Source: Macrostomum hystrix (Eukaryota; Animalia; Platyhelminthes). From it: a stretch of 64,000 nucleotides of DNA. The notes below the pieces were generated by a model. The model made no database searches and was not told where the DNA came from. It was given only the letters and a program-made list of their open reading frames with translations. The DNA lies in assembly GCA_950097015.1 (NCBI GenBank), contig CATNEN010000025.1, forward strand, positions 2,976,001-3,040,000, given 5' to 3'. The position numbers and the translations under genes were made by a program. Positions 39,740 to 53,221 of the stretch are shown one piece after another (the first letter of the stretch is position 1; every line of letters starts with the position of its first letter).

Positions 39740-41500
39740 TTCCCAAATAGCTGCGTTACAAAAATCCCACTTCACAGAAATCACAGTTTACAGAAATCCC
39801 AGTTCACGGAAATCCCAGTTCACAGAAATCTCAGTTTACAGAAAACCCACTTCACAGAAAACCCAGTTCACAGAAATCCCAGTTCACAGAAAACCCAGTT
39901 CACAGAAATCCCAGTTCACAGAAATCCCAGTTCACAGAAATCCCTGTTCACAGAAATCCCAGTTTACAGCAATCCATGTTCACAGCAATCCATGTTCACA
40001 GCAATCCGTGTTCACAGAAATCCCAGTTCAAACAAATCTCAGTTTACAGAAATCCCAGTTCACAGAAATCCCAGTTCACAGAAATCCCAGTTCCCAGAAA
40101 TCCCAGTTTACAGCAATCCATGTTCACAAAAATCCCAGTTCACAGCAATCCATGTTCACAGCAAGCCATGTTCACAGCAATCTATGTTCACAGAAATCCC
40201 AGTTCACAGGAAACCCAGTACACAGAAATCCCAGTTCACAGCAACACATGTTTACAGAAATCCCAGTTAACAGCAATCCATGTTCACAGCAATCCATGTT
40301 CACAGCAAGCCATGTTCACAGAAATCCCAGTTCACAGAAAACCCAGTTCACAGAAAACCCAGCTCACAAAAATCCCAGTTCACAGCAATCCATGTTCACA
40401 GCAATCCATGTTCACAGCAATCCATGTTCACAGCAATCCATGTTCACAGAAATCCCAGTTCAAAGAAATCCCTGTTCACAAAAATCCCAGTTCACAGCAA
40501 TCCATGTTCACAGCAATCCATGTTCACAGCAATCCATGTTCACAGCAATCCGTGTTCACAGAAATCCCAGTTTAAAGAAATCCCAGTTCACAGAAATCCC
40601 AGTTCACAGAAATCCCTGTTCACAGAAATCCCAGTTTACAGCAATCCCAGTTCACAAAAATCCCAGTTCACAGCAATCTATGTTCACAGCAAGCCATGTT
40701 CACAGCAATCTATGTTCACAGAAATCCCAGTTCACAGGAAACCCAGTTCACAGAAATACATGTTCACAGGAATCCATGTTCACAGGAATCCGTGTTCAAA
40801 GAAATCCCAGTTCAAAGAAATCCCAGTTCACAGAAATCCCAGTTCACAGAAATCCCTGTTCACAGAAATCCCAGTTTACAGCAATCCATGTTCACAGCAA
40901 TCCATGTTCACAGCAATCCGTGTTCACAGAAATCCCAGTTCAAAGAAATCTCAGTTTACAGAAATCCCAGTTAACAGCAACACATGTTTACAGAAATCCC
41001 AGTTCACAGAAAACCCAGTTAACAGCAATCCATGTTCACAGCAAGCCATGTTCACAGCAATCTATGTTCACATAAATCCCAGTTCACAGGAAACCCAGTT
41101 CACAGAAATCCCAGTTCACAGCAACACATGTTTACAGAAATCCCAGTTCACAGCAACACATGTTTACAGAAATCCCAGTTCACAGCAACCCATGTCCACA
41201 GCAATCCATGTCCACAGCAATCCATGTTCACAGGAAGACATGTTCACAGGAATCCATGTTCACAGAAATCCCAGTTCACAGAAATCTCAGTTCACAGAAA
41301 ACCCAGTTCACAGAAATCTCAGTTCACAGAAAACCCAGTTCACAGAAAACCCAGTTCACAGAAATCCCACTTCACAGAAATCCATGTTCACAGAAATCCC
41401 AGTTCACAGAAAACCCAGTTCACAGAAATCCCAGTTCACAGAAATCCTAGTTCACAGAAATCCCAGTTCACAGAAATCAGTGGTCACAGAAATCCTAGTT
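39740..41500. repeat. 16-bp minisatellite, two interleaved variants (GTTCACAGAAATCCCA / GTTCACAGCAATCCAT)
   Basis: Direct inspection. Confidence 0.95.
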
Positions 41501-42269
41501 AGTCGATTCCTCTATTCACTGTTAATCTAGAACAGTTCCCATTTGTCTACTCTGGTTATCAGAGAAATAAAGACAAAAATATCCCTCATCGACTGAAGCT
41601 GCAGCAGCTGCGAGGTGCGCACCCCCGGTGTGACTCACCGGCTTCTTGGCGGCCAACCGTCTCGGATCTCTGCGATCTACCCCTCAAATCCCGCCGCCAC
41701 GCCCCCGTTTTCAACATATTTAACTGGGGATAAATCTCCCAGCATCCCATACATTAAGGACTGTAACTCACTTCTCATGGCTTTAGACTCGCCATATTGT
41801 TCAATAACCGACTGAGAACTGTGAGCATTAATCAATTTAAACATTACGTTCGAATATTAAGAATATTTGCGACTAAAAATGGCGGTGGAACAGCTGAAAG
41901 CAAGTTCATTGCTGCCACATGACAGCTTGTCAGTCAGAGTGGACTCATTCTGTTACTACACATGCAATGGCTATTACGGTTGACTTTCTTTCTGATTGCA
42001 TTTCTATTGAAATATTTCTAGAATAGAACTATTACCTAGCTTTATCATGCGTTTTTGTTTAGCCGCTAGAACAGAAGAAAAACAAAACAAAGTGATAAAA
42101 TAAATGGAAGATAGACGAGTAGACAGAGAGAGGAGAGTAAGAGGGGTGGATAGAAGGGGGAAGAGAGGTAGGTGTCAGAGGTTGATAAAAAGGCTAGAAA
42201 AAGGAAGCCAGGATAGATAGATGTGGAAAGAGAAGGGTAGAAAGAAATAACTAGGTAGAGGAGGCTAGA

Positions 42270-43200
42270 AAGAGTAGGGATAGAAAGAGGAGGGGTAGAA
42301 AGAGGAGGGGTAGAAAGAGGAGGGGTAGAAAAAGGAGGGGTAGAAAGAGGAGGGGTAGAAAGAGCGGGTAGAAAGAGAAGGGGGAGAAAGAGGGGGAGAA
42401 AGAGAAGGGTAGAAAGAGAAGGGGTAGAAAGAGAAGGGGTAGAAAGAGAAGGGAAAGAAAGAGAAGGGGAAGAAAGAGAAGGGGTAGAAAGAGAAGGGGT
42501 AGAAAGAGGTGGGGTAGAAAAAGGAGGGGTAGAAAGAGGAGGGGTAGAAAGAGCGGGTAGAAAGAGAAGGGGGAGAAAGAGGAGGGGTAGAAAGAGGAGG
42601 GGTAGAAAAAGGAGGGGTAGAAAGAGGAGGGGTAGAAAAAGGAGGGGTAGAGAGAGGAGGGTAGAAAGAGGAGGGGTAGAAAGAGCGGGTAGAAAGAGAA
42701 GGGGGAGAAAGAGGGGGAGAAAGAGAAGGGTAGAAAGAGAAGGGGTAGAAAGAGAAGGGGTAGAAAGAGAAGGGGAAGAAAAAGGAGGGGTAGAAAGAGG
42801 AGGGGTAGAAAGAGGAGGGTTAGAAAGAGCGGGTAGAAAGAGAAGGGGGAGAAAGAGAAGGGTAGAAAGAGAAGGGGTAGAAAGAGAAGGGGTAGAAAGA
42901 GCGGGTAGAAAGAGAAGGGGTAGAAAGAGAAGGGGTAGAAAGAGAAGGGTAGAAAGAGAAGGGGTAGAAAGAGAAGGGGTAGAAAGAGAAGAGAAAGAAA
43001 GAGAAGGGGAAGAAAGAGAAGGGGTAGAAAGAGCGGGTAGAAAGAGAAGGGGTAGAAAGAGCGGGTAGAAAGAGAAAGGGTAGAAAGAGGGGAAAGAAAG
43101 AGCAGGGGTAGAAAGAGGGGGAAGAAAGAGCAGGGGTAGAAAGAGGGGGAAGAAAGAGAAGGGGTAGATAGAGGGGGGAAGAAAGAGAATGGGTAGATAG
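42270..43200. repeat. Purine-rich approximately 15-bp minisatellite (GAAAGAGAAGGGGTA)
   Basis: Direct inspection. Confidence 0.9.
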
Positions 43201-43719
43201 AGATGGTTTGAAGGAGAGGGGTAAATAGGAGGAATAGATAAATAGGCAAAGAAAGAGATAGGTAGGGTAGATAGAGAGCAGTAGATAGAGAAGAAATGAT
43301 GAGAGGTTTAGATAGATAGAATGTTAAGGGGTAGAATGATAGGGGTAGAAAGAGTATGGTACAAAGAGTCAGAATGAAAAAACGAAAAGAAAGAAAAAAG
43401 CACTAAATTTCGAGACTGTCGCCTCATGTTTTATTAACTGTGCTAATTGTGTTTTCTGGTGAATTAAACCACTAGAAATAATTTACTTTCTTCCAGCTAC
43501 GTTGGCAAAATTTACGCCAAGCTCAATATACGCCCAAAGCAAGCGTGTAAAATTCAGTTCATAAAAAAGCTACTGTTTAAAATTTTCATTCAGTTAAAGT
43601 TGATACATTATAAAATAAACATTGCACAAACCAGCTTTCACTACATAGAAAACACATTAGTTATTCCCTCAGGTAGTAACAAAATTCGCATACGAAACGA
43701 AATCAGCTCTGATTCGTCA

Positions 43720-46700
43720 CAGGGTGAGGATTCTACTCAAATCACAGGGTGAGGATTCTACTCAAATCACAGGGTGAGGATTCTACTCAAATCACAGGGT
43801 GAGGATTCTACTCGAATCACAGGGTGAGGATTCTACTCAAATCACAGGGTGAGGATTCTACTCAAATCACAGGGTGAGGATTCTACTCGAATCACAGGGT
43901 GAGGATTCTACTCTAATCACAGGGTGAGGATTCTACTCAAATCACAGGGTGAGGATTCTACTCAAATCACAGGGTGAGGATTCTACTCAAATCACAGGGT
44001 GAGGATTCTACTCGAATCACAGGGTGAGGATTCTACTCGAATCACAGGGTGAGGATTCTACTCGAATCACAGGGTGAGGATTCTACTCTAATCACAGGGT
44101 GAGGATTCTACTCAAATCACAGGGTGAGGATTCTACTCAAATCACAGGGTGAGGATTCTACTCAAATCACAGGGTAAGGATTCTACTCTAATCACAGGGT
44201 GAGGATTCTACTCAAATCACAGGGTGAGGATTCTACTCAAATCACAGGGTAAGGATTCTACTCTAATCACAGGGTGAGGATTCTACTCAAATCACAGGGT
44301 GAGGATTCTACTCAAATCACAGGGTGAGGATTCTACTCTAATCACAGGGTGAGGATTCTACTCTAATCACAGGGTGAGGATTCTACTCAAATCACAGGGT
44401 GAGGATTCTACTCAAATCACAGGGTGAGGATTCTACTCTAATCACAGGGTGAGGATTCTACTCGAATCACAGGGTGAGGATTCTACTCAAATCACAGGGT
44501 GAGGATTCTACTCAAATCACAGGGTGAGGATTCTACTCGAATCACAGGGTGAGGATTCTACTCTAATCACAGGGTGAGGATTCTACTCAAATCACAGGGT
44601 GAGGATTCTACTCAAATCACAGGGTGAGGATTCTACTCAAATCACAGGGTGAGGATTCTACTCGAATCACAGGGTGAGGATTCTACTCGAATCACAGGGT
44701 GAGGATTCTACTCGAATCACAGGGTGAGGATTCTACTCTAATCACAGGGTGAGGATTCTACTCAAATCACAGGGTGAGGATTCTACTCAAATCACAGGGT
44801 AAGGATTCTACTCTAATCACAGGGTGAGGATTCTACTCAAATCACAGGGTGAGGATTCTACTCAAATCACAGGGTGAGGATTCTACTCTAATCACAGGGT
44901 GAGGATTCTACTCAAATCACAGGGTGAGGATTCTACTCAAATCACAGGGTGAGGATTCTACTCAAATCACAGGGTGAGGATTCTACTCTAATCACAGGGT
45001 GAGGATTCTACTCAAATCACAGGGTGAGGATTCTACTCAAATCACAGGGTGAGGATTCTACTCGAATCACAGGGTGAGGATTCTACTCAAATCACAGGGT
45101 GAGGATTCTACTCAAATCACAGGGTGAGGATTCTACTCAAATCACAGGGTAAGGATTCTACTCTAATCACAGGGTGAGGATTCTACTCAAATCACAGGGT
45201 GAGGATTCTACTCAAATCACAGGGTGAGGATTCTACTCAAATCACAGGGTGAGGATTCTACTCAAATCACAGGGTGAGGATTCTACTCAAATCACAGGGT
45301 GAGGATTCTACTCTAATCACAGGGTGAGGATTCTACTCAAATCACAGGGTGAGGATTCTACTCAAATCACAGGGTGAGGATTCTACTCAAATCACAGGGT
45401 GAGGATTCTACTCTAATCACAGGGTGAGGATTCTACTCTAATCACAGGGTGAGGATTCTACTCAAATCACAGGGTGAGGATTCTACTCAAATCACAGGGT
45501 GAGGATTCTACTCTAATCACAGGGTGAGGATTCTACTCAAATCACAGGGTGAGGATTCTACTCAAATCACAGGGTGAGGATTCTACTCTAATCACAGGGT
45601 GAGGATTCTACTCAAATCACAGGGTGAGGATTCAACTCAAATCACAGGGTGAGGATTCTACTCTAATCACAGGGTGAGGATTCTACTCAAATCACAGGGT
45701 GAGGATTCTACTCAAATCACAGGGTGAGGATTCTACTCGAATCACAGGGTGAGGATTCTACTCAAATCACAGGGTGAGGATTCTACTCTAATCACAGGGT
45801 GAGGATTCTACTCAAATCACAGGGTGAGGATTCTACTCAAATCACAGGGTGAGGATTCTACTCAAATCACAGGGTGAGGATTCTACTCGAATCACAGGGT
45901 GAGGATTCTACTCTAATCACAGGGTGAGGATTCTACTCAAATCACAGGGTGAGGATTCTACTCGAATCACAGGGTGAGGATTCTACTCAAATCACAGGGT
46001 GAGGATTCTACTCTAATCACAGGGTGAGGATTCTACTCAAATCACAGGGTGAGGATTCTACTCAAATCACAGGGTGAGGATTCTACTCAAATCACAGGGT
46101 GAGGATTCTACTCTAATCACAGGGTGAGGATTCTACTCAAATCACAGGGTGAGGATTCTACTCTAATCACAGGGTGAGGATTCTACTCAAATCACAGGGT
46201 GAGGATTCTACTCGAATCACAGGGTGAGGATTCTACTCAAATCACAGGGTGAGGATTCTACTCAAATCACAGGGTGAGGATTCTACTCAAATCACAGGGT
46301 GAGGATTCTACTCAAATCACAGGGTGAGGATTCTACTCAAATCACAGGGTGAGGATTCTACTCGAATCACAGGGTGAGGATTCTACTCGAATCACAGGGT
46401 GAGGATTCTACTCTAATCACAGGGTGAGGATTCTACTCTAATCACAGGGTGAGGATTCTACTCAAATCACAGGGTGAGGATTCTACTCAAATCACAGGGT
46501 GAGGATTCTACTCAAATCACAGGGTGAGGATTCTACTCAAATCACAGGGTGAGGATTCTACTCAAATCACAGGGTGAGGATTCTACTCAAATCACAGGGT
46601 GAGGATTCTACTCAAATCACAGGGTGAGGATTCTACTCAAATCACAGGGTGAGGATTCTACTCAAATCACAGGGTGAGGATTCTACTCTAATCACAGGGT

Positions 46701-48972
46701 GAGGATTCTACTCAAATCACAGGGTGAGGATTCTACTCAAATCACAGGGTGAGGATTCTACTCTAATCACAGGGTGAGGATTCTACTCAAATCACAGGGT
46801 GAGGATTCTACTCAAATCACAGGGTGAGGATTCTACTCGAATCACAGGGTGAGGATTCTACTCTAATCACAGGGTGAGGATTCTACTCAAATCACAGGGT
46901 GAGGATTCTACTCAGATCACAGGGTGAGGATTCTACTCTAATCACAGGGTGAGGATTCTACTCAAATCACAGGGTGAGGATTCTACTCAAATCACAGGGT
47001 GAGGATTCTACTCAAATCACAGGGTGAGGATTCTACTCAAATCACAGGGTGAGGATTCTACTCTAATCACAGGGTGAGGATTCTACTCGAATCACAGGGT
47101 GAGGATTCTACTCTAATCACAGGGTGAGGATTCTACTCAAATCACAGGGTGAGGATTCTACTCTAATCACAGGGTGAGGATTCTACTCTAATCACAGGGT
47201 GAGGATTCTACTCAAATCACAGGGTGAGGATTCTACTCAAATCACAGGGTGAGGATTCTACTCTAATCACAGGGTGAGGATTCTACTCAAATCACAGGGT
47301 GAGGATTCTACTCTAATCACAGGGTGAGGATTCTACTCAAATCACAGGGTGAGGATTCTACTCTAATCACAGGGTGAGGATTCTACTCTAATCACAGGGT
47401 GAGGATTCTACTCGAATCACAGGGTGAGGATTCTACTCAAATCACAGGGTGAGGATTCTACTCAAATCACAGGGTGAGGATTCTACTCGAAATCACAGGG
47501 TGAGGATTCTACTCTAATCACAGGGTGAGGATTCTACTCAAATCACAGGGTGAGGATTCTACTCTAATCACAGGGTGAGGATTCTACTCGAATCACAGGG
47601 TGAGGATTCTACTCGAATCACAGGGTGATGATTCTACTCGAATCACAGGGTGAGGATTCTACTCAAATCACAGGGTGAGGATTCTACTCAAATCACAGGG
47701 TGAGGATTCTACTCAAATCACAGGGTGAGGATTCTACTCAAATCACAGGGTGAGGATTCTACTCAAATCACAGGGTGATGATTCTACTCAAATCACAGGG
47801 TGAGGATTCTACTCTAATCACAGGGTGAGGATTCTACTCTAATCACAGGGTGAGGATTCTACTCAAATCACAGGGTGAGGATTCTACTCAAATCACAGGG
47901 TGAGGATTCTACTCGAATCACAGGGTGAGGATTCTACTCAAATCACAGGGTGAGGATTCTACTCAAATCACAGGGTGAGGATTCTACTCAAATCACAGGG
48001 TGAGGATTCTACTCAAATCACAGGGTGAGGATTCTACTCAAATCACAGGGTGAGGATTCTACTCAAATCACAGGGTGAGGATTCTACTCAAATCACAGGG
48101 TGAGGATTCTACTCTAATCACAGGGTGAGGATTCTACTCAAATCACAGGGTGAGGATTCTACTCTAATCACAGGGTGAGGATTCTACTCTAATCACAGGG
48201 TGAGGATTCTACTCTAATCACAGGGTGAGGATTCTACTCAAATCACAGGGTGAGGATTCTACTCAAATCACAGGGTGAGGATTCTACTCTAATCACAGGG
48301 TGAGGATTCTACTCAAATCACAGGGTGAGGATTCTACTCAAATCACAGGGTGAGGATTCTACTCAAATCACAGGGTGAGGATTCTACTCTAATCACAGGG
48401 TGAGGATTCTACTCGAATCACAGGGTGAGGATTCTACTCTAATCACAGGGTGAGGATTCTACTCAAATCACAGGGTGAGGATTCTACTCTAATCACAGGG
48501 TGATGATTCTACTCGAATCACAGGGTGATGATTCTACTCAAATCACAGGGTGAGGATTCTACTCAAATCACAGGGTGAGGATTCTACTCAAATCACAGGG
48601 TGAGGATTCTACTCTAATCACAGGGTGAGGATTCTACTCAAATCACAGGGTGAGGATTCTACTCAAATCACAGGGTGAGGATTCTACTCAAATCACAGGG
48701 TGAGGATTCTACTCTAATCACAGGGTGAGGATTCTACTCAAATCACAGGGTGAGGATTCTACTCAGATCACAGGGTGAGGATTCTACTCTAATCACAGGG
48801 TGAGGATTCTACTCAAATCACAGGGTGAGGATTCTACTCAAATCACAGGGTGAGGATTCTACTCAAATCACAGGGTGAGGATTCTACTCGAATCACAGGG
48901 TGAGGATTCTACTCAAATCACAGGGTGAGGATTCTACTCAAATCACAGGGTGAGGATTCTACTCTAATCACA
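43720..48972. repeat. 5.2-kb satellite, 25-bp unit ATCACAGGGTGAGGATTCTACTC(A/T/G)A
   Basis: About 210 near-identical units with essentially one polymorphic position. Confidence 0.98.
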
Positions 48973-49792
48973 TGATGAAGATCAGGGAAGAGAGAAAGCA
49001 ATCTCTAAGTGTAACGCCGGTCGTGTTTTGAATAGATTTTAAGAAGTCACGTGATTCAAACTGGGGTTGAGGAGACAGGATTTCAGTCGCCCTGTCTTGC
49101 TCGCTCTCGTCCGTCAGTTTGGACACATTTTTCTCAAGAAGCAGCACCTGGCAACCAACTACCCTCTCTTTCTCTTCCTCTCTTGCCTGACATTGTGTGC
49201 AACCTGTCCGCCCATTCTCCCACCTTAGCTTCCCTCCCCAATCATCTTCCCATATTTTTCCTTTCCCATCCTTCGGCGAGGGCTGTACTAATACAGAGCG
49301 GATCAGGGACTAACGGAGCCTGTAGGTGGGACGGCAGCGGGAAGAGGGGAAGAGAGTGCAGAATAGTTATTTTGAGGAGTAACTATTAGCTCAGACTGTA
49401 TGCGGTATTTATGCCCCGCACCAGATCCCAGATCCCAGATTCTAGAATCTTCTCCCCAACTCTAGCCCGCCCAGCAACTATTCAAAGTGTTTGTCTGTCA
49501 TCAGAGTTGCACCGACTGTTGTGAGGAACGAACCCCGGCGAGGCCATGCCGCTGAAAGGCCAGAAAGCCTAGAATTAGCAGAACAAAGTAGAATGGTTGT
49601 GAAGCTGCACAGTCACCATGTACTTCACGGTAAATCTGAATCGAATCGCAATTGTAATCCTCTGAAGCTATATTTTACGCCACACATGCCAAGTCAAGTG
49701 CTCCCAGAACCATTTAGCCAAATATAACAAAAATTTATTAAACTCAAATAGTTAAAGTAACGGCATAACGAAATAACGTTTTAAAAGTAACG

Positions 49793-50124
49793 AATAATAA
49801 TAATTGCAGGAGGCTGTGGGCACTGGCCATCATTTGGTGACACCAGACCTGCAGCCAGCGAGAAGGCAGTTCTGCCCATTTCGCTAGCTCCGAAGCACAC
49901 ACTCACACAGGTGTGTACATCTGCCCTGACTTTCTCATCGTCAGGCAGTGAACACTTTCACTGCGCCTTTGAGGTTGGCCATCAAGGGCGTAAATTGCAC
50001 GACAAGCCCTTAAGCCTTCTTTCCGCGGCGTCGACACAAATGAATGTGGCCTCGCCGTGGAATCGAGCTCGGGACGTTGGTGCGATAGGCAAACGCGTTT
50101 AGACCGGACTGCCACTCACCCCCC
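49793..50124 (-). mobile_element. tRNA-derived SINE family A, full-length copy (about 330 bp)
   Basis: On the minus strand: GGGGGTGAGTGGCAGTCCGG (box A-like), AGCTCGATTCC (box B-like), a conserved body with hairpin, and an (ATT)n tail. Aligns by eye along nearly its full length to 14551-14905. Confidence 0.85.
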
Positions 50125-50271
50125 AACATATTACCTAAATTACCTAAATATAATAAGAAGCTATAACGTGTATTAATAGACATAAAGCAACGATTTAAAA
50201 TTCGATTTCTAATAAAAGAACATGTGATTTCTGATCAAAAGCTAGCTGCTTCTCACTTGTCATTTACCCAG

Positions 50272-50409
50272 CCATACCAGAGGAGACCGCCATCGACTGC
50301 TGCATGGCGGACTCCGACTGCAGCCACAGGCACGGCTGCTCCAGTCTGCTGCGCTCCTCGGCCGGAAAGTCATCGACAACTTCCTCGGCCGGCTGCGATC
50401 GGACACTCG
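50272..50409 (+). CDS. Candidate 138-nt phase 1-1 exon of MAP7-like gene
   Basis: GC-rich island bounded by atttacccag| and G|gtgagt, length a multiple of 3, open in the phase-1 frame (AIPEETAIDCCMADSDCSHRHGCSSLLRSS...). Confidence 0.55.
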
Positions 50410-51169
50410 GTGAGTTCTGCTCTATATATGTCTATAGACATCATCATTCAAATGTCTGTGGACATTTTTATTCTAGTTTCTGTGGACATCATCAGTCAAG
50501 TGTCTTTGGACATCATCATTGAAGTGTCTCTTGATATTCCAATTCAAGTGTTCAGATAAAAATCTTAAAGTAATTCTTGACATCCTGCTCAAGAGTCTTT
50601 AGATATCCCATTGTGAGTATCTCCAGATATCATATTTATGGGTCTCAAGATATCCCAGTCAGAGTTTTAGACCTTTCTAAATATACAATTATAATTTCCG
50701 ATTGATGTCCATTACTGAACTAGACTAAAATCCCTAGATCTCTAGATGCCAGAATGTGAACACTGGAGCTATTATGCCTTGCGGTATTCCCCCTTAGTTT
50801 TTAATTCAATTTCTCATTCTCCAACATTAATCTGATATAGTTTGGCATATCGATAAGGAAGTCCGAAATCAGTCAATAACCGTTGCGCAATATCCCATAT
50901 CCCATTAACTGCGCTGGAGAACAACTTTTCATTCCCAAACGAGTTGAACATGAGACCACTCGTGAGCATATCGTTAAGGCGCGCTACTCTTAATTTGGTA
51001 CTTGAGTTATGAGGCCGTTCCGTGAGCTGCTCAGTTACAGCGGCAGCACACTTCCGCAATATGAGCTTATTTATTTGGGGTGGCTGGCCCAGCCGCCTAG
51101 GGAGCCAAGGAGAGAATCGAACCGACGACACAGGGCCGGATAGAGGAGAGAATAGAGGAGAGCGATGAG

Positions 51170-51410
51170 ACAGGGGACAAAAGAGACAGGGGAGAGATGA
51201 GACAGGGGAGAGATGAGACAGGGGAGAGATGAGACAGGGGAGAGATGAGACAGGGGAGAGATGAGACAGGGGAGAGATGAGACAGGGGAGAGATGAGACA
51301 GGGGAGAGATGAGACAGGGGAGAGATGAGACAGGGGAGAGATGAGACAGGGGAGAGATGAGACAGGGGAGAGATGAGACAGGGGAGAGATGAGACAGGGG
51401 AGAGATGAGA
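51170..51410. repeat. 16-bp perfect minisatellite (GAGACAGGGGAGAGAT)
   Basis: Direct inspection. Confidence 0.95.
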
Positions 51411-51728
51411 ATATATTTTGTTAGTGAGTCACTGACTCACACTTCTCACTAGAGCTTGTGCTAATCTTACATTGAAAGCATTTAGTTGAGAAATGAAAAC
51501 TTTGATAGAATGGAAGCAGTTTGATTCAGTAAAGTGCAACATTCTGTTTACTGTAACACATGGAGCTGTCAGTCCAGTCCACACTGCTATGGGTGGGTCG
51601 GGGGGTAGCAGGGAAGGGACTTTGAGTTAGTCATGATTATAGTGAGTATGGTCTATTTCTCCCCCCTGTCTGGCGCCACCAAAAACTATTGATCAGCTTC
51701 CCATTGTGCCGTGGTCCTGGCCGTTTAG

Positions 51729-51791
51729 AGCATGCTTGTGAAAAGTACCCCGCCGAGAATACAGAAGGGCAGCAATGCCAACCAAAAAACG
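51729..51791 (+). CDS. Candidate 63-nt phase 1-1 cassette exon
   Basis: gtttag|AG...AAACG|gtgagt, open frame EHACEKYPAENTEGQQCQPKN. Confidence 0.3.
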
Positions 51792-52106
51792 GTGAGTTGC
51801 CACCAACTCTAAGCCTTCCAGTTCTCACCTTCTTGCTTGCCCAAGTCCCTATTATTATTAGCGCTGCCTCCCCGCTCCCAGAGGCATGAGTCAGCTCAAA
51901 AAGAATCCCTCCTGTCCCCTTGGACTCTCCGACTCTCTCTTTTTCATTTTTCTCCCACTTTGCTGAAACTGCTGCCAGCTACTCAAAACTGCATACCTGG
52001 ACATATTTGGCAGCTGTCACTCAACCTCACTCTTTAAGTGCTTTAAGTGCTAAATCTACAGCTGGGTGCCAAATCTAGCGACTAATTAGGCCGAAAATTT
52101 TTCGGC

Positions 52107-52108
<2 letters not shown>

Positions 52109-52204
<96 letters not shown>
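52109..52204. repeat. (GATA)n microsatellite
   Basis: Perfect run. Confidence 0.97.
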
Positions 52205-52205
<1 letters not shown>

Positions 52206-52344
52206 TGTAGAATCACTAGTGTAGATTTTATGAGCAATAAAATAGCAAATAATTACTATTTCCCCTCTAGGAGGAATAGGAGGACTCAAACGAAAGCGAA
52301 AGCAAATTTGATTCACAGGTAAATTAATTTGCCTGATTAATCCC

Positions 52345-52665
52345 AAATCCAAAATCTTACACCTGAGAATCCCAAATCTTACACCTGAGAATCCCAAATC
52401 TTACACCTGAGAATCCCAAATCTTACACCTGAGAATCCCAAATCTTACACCTGAGAATCCCAAATCTTACACCTGAGAATCCCAAATCTTACACCTGAGA
52501 ATCCCAAATCTTATACCTGAGAATCCCAAATCTAACACCTGAGAATCCCAAATCTAACACCTGAGAATCCCAAATCTTACACCTGAGAATCCCAAATCTA
52601 ACACCTGAGAATCCCAAATCTAACACCTGAGAATCCCAAATCTTATACCTGAGAATCCCAAATCC
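52345..52665. repeat. 22-bp minisatellite (ACACCTGAGAATCCCAAATCTT)
   Basis: Direct inspection. Confidence 0.95.
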
Positions 52666-53221
52666 ACACTAAAAATCTTCCAATGCATAGAAATCCCAGA
52701 ATCTCGTCTATCCTCATTAGGCGTCCTCATTAAGTGTCTCACGGAGGGAAGCACCGGCAGGGGGAGGGGCGGAGCTGGGCGAGTCACGGATCAGAGGACT
52801 AATTGGGGAACCTGCGGGGGTAGCGAGCCGTGCGGCAGGGAAGGCAGGCAGGCTGTGGCAAAGTTGAGGCTTCCCCAGCGAAACCCAAGCTTATCTCGTT
52901 CCGCTCCCATTAACTCTAGCCCCTGCTCAAATCCCAGCATTTTAATCCCTAAATTTCGAAGCTCGAGGCTACTAAAGGTTAACCAGAGGGACTCTGGGGG
53001 ATCTGAACTACGGCCACAGGGTTGAGGAACAGGAAGCACCGCCCATCTTTCCTACGTTCATCTCTGCCCGGCCTTCCTAAATCCGTGCAATTTTCTCTAC
53101 TGGAATGGAACTTAACAGCTGGCGAGTTTTGGGGGGGGGCGATGAAGATTAAAAAGAGTCTGATAGACAGTGAGTCTGTGTGCTCTAGTTCCCTTTCATA
53201 TTTTGAAGTTCCCTCACCTCG

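Noticed and set aside
39620-43249. 355-416-aa ORFs and the 332-aa L/F/P ORF
   Set aside because: 16-bp and 15-bp repeat artefacts.
50814-51131. 105-aa non-repetitive minus-strand ORF
   Set aside because: No recognisable motif or splice signals, and the length is compatible with chance.
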